Shown: positions 28,241-38,514 of the stretch, one piece after another | Layout: each line of letters starts with the position of its first letter | Numbering within the stretch: the stretch's first letter is position 1 | Assembly (NCBI GenBank): GCA_973895155.1 | Contig: OZ316892.1 | Coordinates: 4,095,223-4,159,222, forward strand | Origin: Marsupella aquatica | Taxonomy: Eukaryota > Plantae > Marchantiophyta | Length of the DNA: 64,000 nt | Direction of reading: 5' to 3' | Made by a program: the position numbers and the translations under genes | Notes under the pieces: model-generated | What the model saw: the letters and a program-made list of their open reading frames with translations, nothing else | What the model was told of the DNA's origin: nothing | Database searches by the model: none

Positions 28241-31200
28241 CTACTCATCAATTATACCTTCCATGTAAATTTTGAGAGTTTTCAAAACATTCTTAGAAAT
28301 TGTCAAACCTCTATCCATAATATTTTGTTCTTTAGCACCTGACTTAAACCCATACATTGCAGAATTTGCAAACTGCCAACTTTGAGTAACATTGTCAAAC
28401 CCAGGATCCAGCTCCCAAGTCTTAGTGGTTTGAAAGTAACGTTCATATCGAACATCATCCTTTGCATCATGCTTACCATGTTTAGGCCTCCACCATTGTA
28501 CTTGGAACATAGGAGCATTCCTCTTAGGAATGCTCTCAATAGACATTGAAGAAGACCCTTCAATATGTTGCAAATCTGTTGAGGGAACCTCATGGTTTGG
28601 ATCCACACCACCCAAAGCTTGAACCTTTGCCATTTTCCTGTTCCCATTCATCCTCTGGACGTAAAAATACAAAGTGACCTTCTTGAATATCTTGTAGAGG
28701 AATCCACCTTGCAGGTTCTTGCTCTTGTCGTGCACCAACAAAGGGTGCAGCTTGATCTTCCATCTCTTCCATGTACTCATTTTGAAGGTCCATCATCTCT
28801 GGATTTTGATAAGGTTCACTTGACGGCTGAGATGTCCCCAAAATCATCTTGTAACCTGTGCCATGGTTAGTCTTTGGCCAAAAATCAGTTGTCAATGGCA
28901 ATTGTCTTTCCCCCTCCCCTTCTATTGTAAGTTCCTCGGACAGTGCTTGCACAAGATTCTTCCAATATTTGACCAGAGGAAATCTCTCTCGATATGCTGC
29001 AGAGGTCTCATCCTTACAACTTTTCTTCAAGAAATCAATATAGCGATTAAGGAATGGGATGATTTCTCCAGCCTTCTTTTGTACATCCCCAGATATAGGT
29101 TTTGCAAATGGTTGGCCTTCCGGTAAAATGAGCGCATTTGTGATGGGATTAGTTCTCCAAATGGACCTCCCCATTGCCGGAAGCCAAGGTTGCTTGACAT
29201 GTGCTTTATATTGATACACTGGCACATTATCCCTCATGGAGAAAAGAAATGCCACTGGTTTTGAGTGACCTTGTATCTCTTTCACCTGGAAAGTTTTCAA
29301 ATACTCCTTCTAAGATGCAACCTCTTGAATCAATCGTGGTACAGGATGAATGCTTTCACACTCCCAAACCTCAGCCATCAACCCCAAGAGGGTAGCAACC
29401 TCTTTGTATCTGACTTGTTTGGATACTTGAGAAAATAATGCATCCACGTCTTCATGGGTGTGGCCAACCATGAGGAATGACATTTGCACAGTTTCAAACA
29501 CCCCCTGCTAACAAGCTCAATGCAAAATGCCATCACATATTGATTTTTGTTATCTTTCCCTGAATTGTCCATCTGCAACGTTAGGTGCCTTGGTAAGGGC
29601 TTGAAAGAGCCCCTAGTAGTCTCAGGATCATCCTTAGAACCAACATCCACTGTGCTTGACTTTTTAGTCTCCTGACCATCTTCAATGCCTTGAAATCGAA
29701 CAATTGAAATATTTTTGGGTTCCAAGTAACCGGCCAGAAATGCTTCAAAGTCTAGAAGGGACTGAAATATTGGCCTAGTTGCATTCCAATTCAATCCTTC
29801 AAGAAGGTCTCCAATTTTGTCTCCTGTGTAATCTTCCAAATCTTAGAGGCATTTGGCCAAAGATGTCACGGTAAAGTCTGCATCTCCAGGCCAAAGTCCA
29901 GTCAAACTAAAATGTGCATACACTCCAGGATCTCTTCCATGGGTTAACATCCCAGTAAGAGCAATAGGCAAAGGCTGACCACTACCAGAGAGGGATTTTG
30001 GAGTGGGGACCAACTTGGGGATCCAAGTCTTGGCTTGATCCATCTTATCATGAATAATGCAAAGATAGTTTTGAGGATCCTTCTTTGCAAGAACCCTATG
30101 AGCATAGTAAACATATCTTCTTGACATTTGTTCACGAAGATGTCGCGCTCTTTTCTCTTCAATCTCTGCACGCTCTTTTTTTCTCTTCTCCCGCATCAAT
30201 TGATCTTTGAACTCAGTGCAAAACGTGCACTTAGCAAATGCACTTCCCTTGTGAAAGTCAAAATTATCAAATGAGTTTTTCCAGATGTTGTACATAGTAA
30301 CTTCAGTAACCTTAGCAAACCCATCTAATTCCATCTTGGTAAACACCTCTTGGAAAATCTCCTTCTTAGTAAAACAAGATGGGAGCCGATATTCAATAGT
30401 GTCAGTGCCGTTGGACCCACCATAGGGAAGATGTGGCATTGGTTCCCCATTTTGGATTAAAATGGACTCCAACAAGGCGCGAGCGTGCAAAGTGCTTGAT
30501 CGTGTCTTCCGTTGTGGAAACCAATTGTGCAACCAGCTTCGTATTGATTTTTGTAGTCATAGTACTTTGTTGTACTGAACCCATGCATTTTAATAAATGC
30601 ATCTTTACAAACCACACGTCCCTTTAGAACAAAAAATCCCTTTCTCTTGACTTGCTCCTCTCTACACCCAAAGAGACTAAAGATGTGACTTGTTTTGTTG
30701 TCACTTGACATTCCATGGTATTCCCTCCTCATTGCCTCTAAGTCCTCCCTGCGCATGTTCAAGCAACACTTCAGCTTGCAACAACCTTCTCTTTGGATGG
30801 AATCAATGGACTCCTCGGTAATTTTCAAAAGTGCCCTCGACTCCAAATGCCTTTTCTTCTTCTCCTCAAGATCAACTTTTGTCCTCCTCATGAAATTGTA
30901 TGGTTTTTTTGTAGGTTTACCATCACCATCTGAATCCGGATCGCCCTTAGTTTGACCCGACTCCATCCACTTCTCTGAAACTTCCTCAAGGATATCCCCA
31001 AGAAACCTTTGAGACAAAATCAATAGAAGGGATTTGATTTCCCACCTCACCAAGCCAGGGGTACCAACACGGATATTTGGAAATAATCCAGGTTCATTGA
31101 TATTCACAACAACAACACCAACATGATCTGCACCAAGAAGTTCATCGTCAATGGCACCTGTTTCAAATGGGACCGTGATAACACCTGTTGCAACCTTTCG

Positions 31201-31929
31201 ACAATGAGAAGCGTCATACAAATCAACCTCCTCCGCCATCCAGTTGGAACGTAGTGTAAAATCTTTTAATGGAAGATCATTGAAAATATTTGAACTACCA
31301 AACATGCCAAAATCTCGTAGAGTGCCCTTTCTAGAAACATGCGCAACATCCCAGATAACTTAGGTATGCAAGGCCTCTTCTATTGTATCAGCTCCAAGGT
31401 GCGAGTATGGCAATTTTTGATTTCCCTTAACAATATCAGATATTCTTATACTGATGCAACCAACCCCGAGTCTTTCAGTATGACAAATATCCATCGGATT
31501 TGTCTTGAAAATGACTCCATTTGCAACCAACTGATCAAAAATGAACATCTGAACTTCATCTCCTTCCTTGAACACGTCCTCTTCAACCCTTGCATCAATT
31601 TTGGATTTATCATTTCCAACATCTCCAGCCAAAGAGAAATCATCGACATTGATTCTTCGACGCTGAGTTGATGACCTCAAGTATGCCAATGCACAATCCC
31701 AAATCACGCAGGAGTCAATTGCCTCAGCCAATGTAGAAAATTTGGGTGAAGGAAATGGAAGTTGATGCGATCCATCAAAACACTTTTTGATCAATACCCC
31801 AATTTGATTATCCCCTAGATAAATGTTATGTATAGTATCCTGGGGGTCAATCTTTTGAACTATCCCAATTGCCATTTCAAATCCATCGATCACCAATGAC
31901 ACTTCATCCCCTCATGTAAAATTGATCAT
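28241..31929 (-). pseudogene. Sola-type DDD transposase (DUF7869-like) with three N-terminal Tnp1/EnSpm-like domains; frameshifted
   Basis: Consecutive ORF fragments: CCKLKCC..GRVVCKDAF; FAKCTFC; catalytic IIHDKMDQAK, LTLQMDNSGKDNKN, FLMVGHTHEDVDALFS. N-terminal repeats AIGIV..LG..IGV..VIWD, VANGVI..LG..VIWD, VATGVI..LG..VGV. Confidence 0.82.
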
Positions 31930-32061
31930 GATAGCAGACTATCTGTATTCAAATAAAGTTAGAAATTGTTAAGTTCCCCATGTTACAATCATGTTTCAAA
32001 ATCTGGACTCTCCTCCAAAAAATATTGTAAAATCACTCAAAACCCTAAACACATTCAAGTT

Positions 32062-32427
32062 GGGTCGAACTTATTCCGACCCTCTGACAACAATATGTCT
32101 TAAAACGATTGAATTGGCTAAACATTTACAAGTCGGGTCGGAATTATTTCGACCCTCCTCCAACAATGTCTTAAAATGATTGAATTGACTAAACATTTAC
32201 AAGTCGGGTTGGAATTATTTCGGCCCTCCTCCAACAATATGTCTTAAAATGATTGAATTTACTAAACATTGACAAGTTGGGTCAGAATTATTTCAACCCT
32301 ACTCCAACTATTAAGTTGAAATTATGTCAAAACTATTCGTGAAACTATCTTGCTTATGCTTTTATATACCAGATTAAAATGCTAGTTAAGATGACATAGT
32401 CAAGTCGACACGAAATAATTCCGACCC
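32062..32427. repeat. Array of 21-bp palindromes GGGTCGGAATTATTTCGACCC (~72-bp spacing) upstream of the transposase
   Basis: Copies at 32062, 32135, 32206, 32279 and an inverted partial copy at 32407. Confidence 0.85.
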
Positions 32428-34183
32428 ACTTCTAGAAACTATGTTAGTAATCACACAAAGGGGTACAGTAAGTTCTACACATGCTAGAGTGTGGATAAAA
32501 GTCTAGAAATGAGTAAAGTATATGATCTAGAACCTAATGTGTAAATCTTAATCTAGGTTTGGCTTAAAGGAATTGAATTAGATGCAGTTGAGCTACTACT
32601 TCTAAGATAAATAAATAAAATCACTAACTTGCTCTGCAATATATCTCTACCCACCCTTGTACAAGCTAAATGGGTACCTAGGATGCCAACATTGTAACTC
32701 TTAGCACCACAGTGCTCACCAGTGCCCTTACCAAACCTTGCATTCAACCATGCGGACCTAAACAAGGCACTCGGACAGAGGAGAGTCAGTGACCGTACCA
32801 ATCACTGTCTAAATGACAATGAACCAAAAAATGGATTGTGGGAGGTCTATACTTAGTTTGAGAGGCAAAAAACCCACACATTACCCAGCACACGAGTGGA
32901 CACCAACAGATTGGGCACGGGTGGATCAGGCACGCACCCAGCACACAAGTAGACATTGGATAGGGTGTCAGCCAATCACTCACGAGTGATAGGTGAGTTG
33001 CAAGCACACACCGCTGACAGCTTGGAAGTTTAAAATTGGTAGGTGAGTCGCGAGTGGTCGTGAGTGGTCACGCCATCACAGGTGACTCACGAGCACATGC
33101 AGCAAGGAGGATCTCCATCATTGGCGTGCATTGATGCCTCCGTATCCTCTCGGATCCTTGCCTCCTCAGACTCCTCACTCGCAGGGGGTATAGGAAGGCA
33201 GGCCTTGCGCTTGAGGTCTCACTTCCTTGCCTCCCTCTTGCCTCCTCTCTTTCCTCCTCTCCGGGCTCCTCTCTCGTCTCCTCACTCCTTGCCTCCCTCT
33301 TGTCTCGCTCTTGGTGTGAGATAAGGATGTTTATAAAAGAAGGGTTAACTAACCATAAATTTTAGAATTTTTACGTTTAAGATCTTAAATAATGCTGAAG
33401 AGGGACCTGAAGACTACTTTGAAGTGTTATGAGACTTTCAAGCCCATCTGAGGTCAACCCGGATTGATATTAGAGAAGGAGGATCGACCCGGAACTTTTT
33501 GTTATAAGCCTGGAATGAGATAAAAATCTTATACCGAGACTCTACTCAACAACAGCTGTCCATTGCCAAAGTTTTTAAAACCATAAGTCAAACACAGGCA
33601 CGACCACAGTCAAATCCGGATATAAGGAAGGAGAGTCGATCCGGCCTCTCACACCTCTCAAAGCCGAACTTAGTAAGTTTTGAGCTCCCGAGTGCATTAG
33701 GCTGTTTAAGCAATAGAGTGAGGAGGCTCTACCCTTTTGGTAGAGGATCTTGGGTCCGGATTATAGGACCAATCTTGCATTGCATGATGAGAGCCTGGAT
33801 ATGAGGGTACTGACTGATTCGTTGTGAGGGGAATGCCTACTCCACCGCTGGAAGTGAAGGCAGGAATTTTGAGATCCTGATCGTGGATACATCGGTTGTG
33901 AGAAGGGCGGCCAGGTCGACCCGGACATCACCATTGCAGGCCCGATTGAGTCCAGATTTTCCCCACGTTAGATGACCCTGCAGTGTGGTTGACGAAAACT
34001 TGATGCAATTCTTCCGAAACGATTTTCAGTTGATCAGAAACGCTGTGGCCAGGTCAACCCGGACATTTCTACCAGTGGTCGACATCGAAGAGATTGAATA
34101 GTCTGAAGTCGCAACATTGTAGAGCTTGCCGTAGAGGAGGCAGAACAGTTACCAAAAATCAATTTTCTGCTTCCAGAAATCCT

Positions 34184-35865
34184 ATGGAGCAAGGGGCGGA
34201 TCCAGCCGGAATGTCTACTTCTCGCGTCTCTAAGGGGCATTCAACCTCAACATCACCTGCACCTACTCCGGTTAAAGCCCCTGTGAGACGATCGAAGAGA
34301 AAGGAGGTCCCTATTGCCATGAAAATTCTGAGGCCAACTATTCCGGACAGTGAAGCTGAGAAGGTTAAACTGAGGGAGTCTTTGCTCAGGATGGGCTGTG
34401 AGTCTCTGATGGAGCTACCTTGGAGTTATCAAAGCGAAGATATGATCAGAGAGATCCGATCTAAGGAGTATCGGGCTGAGTTTAAGGATACCTCCAGAGT
34501 CCATCACCTGAGCGATGGACTCAGATGATGATTGCAGGAGCTTTTGTATTGGAAGATGAAGGAGAAGGTCCAGTGGGGAGAGCTGTCAATCTAATCCTTC
34601 CTTACTTCAAAGGAGCCATCAACAGTAAGGACGGGTTCAATGTTTCTAAGTGTTTGGATCCTGATCTGAGACGAGTCTTCAGCTTTCTGCTACCCCTGCT
34701 GTACCCTGAGAAGCCAAGAAGAGTTACTGTTGGAGTTGGCTCTACCATTGTTGTTGCTTACAAGGGAGAAAGAAAAGTCAACTGGGCTAAGCTTATCTTT
34801 GATTTGATAAGGAAGTTGGTACAGAACCTATCCAACAAGAGTCCTACTCCCCTCTCCTGCTACCTGGTACATCTATATAGCTTTGAAGGAGTTTTGTTCA
34901 GAGAGGAGAAGAAATTACTATTGGCCAAGTACAACTTCATCAAGTATGGAGAGACAGATCCAGATATCACCCAGGCCACCTCTAATGACAGTGAGGATGA
35001 GGAGCCAGCAAAGAAAAATCCTCGAAAGACCCGGTCTGCTGCCCGGAACCTCGATCCGGACTTTTCCGACCCGGCCTTCGTCGACCCGACTGAATTTCCG
35101 GATGCACCCGGCCATGCCTCCCTAGACACCCTAGCTGATTTCCAGATCATCTCAGACACATTCCAGAAGGTGAAGAGGAAGACCACTGTAATGGAGAAGG
35201 CCATCACTGACATTTCTCAGAAGTTAGGAGTGAAACCAGGGCAGATTCTTGAGAAGATCTCCACCATGAGTGATGCCACAGATAAGAGGAAGTTGGAGAA
35301 GGAGAATGAGTTCCTCAAGAAGAAGGTATCTGAACTCAAACAGCAGTTGGAAAGGAGTAAGAAGAAGAATGAGCTTGAGCATACTCTCCAACTCAGTATC
35401 ACTCAATCTTTGGATCTGATTGAGCCTTTGACTAAGATAGCTTCTCTGGATCTTCTTAAGGCCCAAATTTATGATGAGTATTTGGCCAAGAACACCACAC
35501 CCATCCTTTTCTCCAAGATTAACCATTTAGTGGTAGATGTGAGTACCAAGGTGGATGATGCACTTACAGGCCTCTCAAAGACCTGTGAAACCTTAACGGA
35601 GATGAGTGACTTGACTACTGAGGAGCTATTAGCTGATACTGAGATTCCTCCCTTTACTACCAGATCTTTCTCTCCTAGTCCTCATGAAGGAGTCTATTCC
35701 ACTGGCCCCTCATCACCCCTCAACCCTCCTGGTTTCCCCACTCCCAGTACACACTTCCACTCCCATTCTTACACCTATTCTCATGACCCAAGTGCCCATC
35801 AGGAGAACATGGATATTGACCCGTCCATCCCTTTTACCACTGGCCAGCAAGGAGTTTTCCTTTGA
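34184..35865 (+). pseudogene. Gypsy accessory (non-gag/pol) coiled-coil ORF, one frameshift near 34500
   Basis: MGCESLMELPW..EDMIRE..SKDGFNVSKCLDPDLRRVFSFLLPLLYPEKPRRVTVGVGSTIV..RKVNWAKLI..PTPLSCYLVHLY, then a coiled coil; resembles accessory ORFs of bryophyte Gypsy elements as recalled. Confidence 0.6.
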
Positions 35866-37068
35866 CCAGAACCCCTTGCCATGGCTAACCCTGAGGAGGT
35901 TCCTTCCCAAAAGCTAGGACCAGAATAGAGTTATATTTAGAGAGTTAGAGCCACATTAGTTTAGACTTAGAAATATCTATATAGATTAGTATATGACTAA
36001 GTAGACTCCAATATTTTGTTGATGTATCCATTGGAGACTCTACTCCATTTTTGACTAGGATAGTTCGCTTTTATTTACATATTTATTTAGACTTGGGTTT
36101 TGAAGAGGCATGTCTTTTCATAATCTCCACTTTTAGTACAAAAGGAGGAGAACCCAAAGTCAACAGGGAGAGAAAACATACATTTTGATTTCCTCATTGC
36201 CTTTGAAGGAATCTATGTCTTTTCTTCCCTTCCTTTTTACCATGGTTGAGTAAAAGGAAGAAGTTTAGCAACCCTTGAGTTGTTGTGAAGTGTTCAATGA
36301 ATGCTAGAGTGTGCCTTAATGATATTGAAAGATCAATGAGATTTGTGATCAATACATTTGGAAGATTCACCAAAGAGGAAATTGACATTTGCACAAAACC
36401 CAAACAAGCAATCTTAAGGATTGTAGGAGAAGTAAACCAATTCGAGTATCCTAGTACCGTCTTAAGCAAGACCAGAAAAGTGTCCCGAGTTGATTTACAT
36501 TGTTGTCTTCTAAATTCAATAGATGGAGAAGAGTTGCTACAAAAAATCAAAAAGCATAGAAAATGTTGATTTCTGAATCTTAAATTAAGCCATAATCCTT
36601 ATTGAAGGAGTGGTGATGGTCAGAAATTCAATTCCCTTGCACTTTGAAAACTCCTATCTACTCTCTCTCTAGTTTCAATTTTTGTTAATTCTAGTCTTTA
36701 TTATTGCACTGTGAATCCTAAGGATTACCCACTTGAGTTTGTGGTTAAACACTTATGTTAAGGAGATCACTAGAAATCTCTCCAACCTAAGAATGTTGGT
36801 GTAAACTTCTCAAATTGTGTTAATTCAGTCTTTTTGATTTTATCCACTCCTAACCGGAACGAAATCGAGTTGTTAAGGAGTAAATAGTCATTTATCTCTT
36901 TATCACCTTGCTACATACTACACCCATTTTGGCGCCGCTGCCGGGGAGTAACTGAGATCGGGAGACCTGCCGCGACAGTGGATGTCAAAAGGAGATCAAC
37001 AAAAACAGTCAAGAAGTAACGGCAAAAAGGTACTTGATTAAGGAAAAGAGGCTGGAACCTCCTAAGTT

Positions 37069-37956
37069 ATGGTGAGGAGAAGTCGACCTCAAAAGAGGGA
37101 GAGAGCCCAAATCAAGTCAAGAGAGAACCAAACCCAAAATATCAAAGATGCTACTACACATTCAAGAGCAACAATTGTGAGAAGTAGTGGAGGAAGTTAC
37201 TTTTGGGGAGGAGAATTGATTAAAGTTGATTCATGGGACACGAATGTTTTTCTTGATTGTTTGTTGATTTTTAGAAGATTTGTAAATGGTAGATTCGAAT
37301 TGGTGGAAGCCACTTATGATGAAAAATTTGACAAGGATTGTATTCCTGATTTATTGAGGGACCACCACATTGAAGAGGAAATCCTAGACATAGAAATTGA
37401 AGAGGAATTAAAGGAAGCATTGGCAACATTGAAAGGAGATCAATATTGGAGAAACAAGCTTGACAATGTACTAGTGAAGTTCTATGAGAATTCAAATGTA
37501 CTTCTAAACGAAGAGAAGCCTGTTGTGACTTTGGAAAGGCAAGAGTTGATAGGAACATTGGACCATTATAATAGAAACGGTTGGATTCTACTCAAATGGA
37601 AGGATTGGAGGGCAGGAAAACCCTGTTTTCAATGGAGTTCCCATTTGCCAGAAATGTTTGATTTGACCAATGTTTTAGTATTGAAGAGACTTTGGATTGA
37701 TGATGGTGAGTATAAGTTATTACCCATCAAGGAGGAGAATGATTTTGAATTTCTGTTAAAGAAGCACAAGCACCATACTATTTGGGCGTCTGAAACAGAG
37801 GAAATCAAAATCAAGGAGACGTTAGCCGTATTACATGAGATTAGTGAACCTTGGGTAGATACACTTGATTTCCTAGAAAATCTATTGAATGGATATAGGA
37901 CGTTAGTAGAGCAAGTGGTGTTGAATAATGGATTCTTCCAAGTAGATTTAAATTGA
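37069..37956 (+). CDS. Uninterrupted 295-aa ORF of unknown function just downstream of the PBS (possible extra 5' ORF of the retroelement)
   Basis: ATG-initiated, no stops, globular composition; followed by an 88-aa ORF at 37966-38232; no motif recognised. Confidence 0.5.
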   Translation: MVRRSRPQKRERAQIKSRENQTQNIKDATTHSRATIVRSSGGSYFWGGELIKVDSWDTNVFLDCLLIFRRFVNGRFELVEATYDEKFDKDCIPDLLRDHHIEEEILDIEIEEELKEALATLKGDQYWRNKLDNVLVKFYENSNVLLNEEKPVVTLERQELIGTLDHYNRNGWILLKWKDWRAGKPCFQWSSHLPEMFDLTNVLVLKRLWIDDGEYKLLPIKEENDFEFLLKKHKHHTIWASETEEIKIKETLAVLHEISEPWVDTLDFLENLLNGYRTLVEQVVLNNGFFQVDLN

Positions 37957-38514
37957 TACCCCAAAATGCCGAGACCCCAACCAAGATCACTTGGTAGTTT
38001 TAGAGTTCAAAACATTAGGGATTCTTATTTGCGAACGAGAGTACTCAGTCTAAGAGGTAGACGAGGGATTCACTGGTTATCAATCACGTGGTGGGAAGGA
38101 GATCTCCTACATTTAGTAATTCTCAAACTGAACGGAAGGATCAGTGGAGAAAGATACATTGTTATTTCAATTTCAGAATTGGCCAGAGACCTCATGACCA
38201 GGAGGAATGATAGGAGAAGAGATCAGCAGTAAGAAGATTGTCTTTTTGGAAGAGGAAAAAGGGAGAAGAAGAGACCCGGACCAATGTCCAACCCGGACCC
38301 GGACATTTGTCCAGGTAGGCCATTGTCCGACCCGGATCAGAAGCCGGGTCTGAACCGTCGTACCCAAAAGGCACCCGGAAACTCAAGAGTAGGAGGTAAA
38401 CGTCGTGACCTAGGGAACCTCAGGGTGGACCCTCGGCAAGAAAAAGAGGAGTATGTCCAGGAATCTCATGAGGATCGATTCATTCAATTATTCCAATCAG
38501 ATTTATGAGTTGGT

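Larger units (their letters stand above)
32442..38470. mobile_element. Nested Gypsy-like (Athila/Tat-type) LTR-retrotransposon remnant without gag/pol; boundaries approximate
   Basis: PBS TGGCGCCGCTGCCGGGGA at ~36930 directly after CA at 36926; purine tract GAAGGAGTGG followed by TG at ~36614; accessory-type ORF at 34184-35865; GACCCGGA motifs at both 33450-35100 and 38270-38380; LTR-like end TGTTAG at 32442; no TSD found. Confidence 0.55.
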
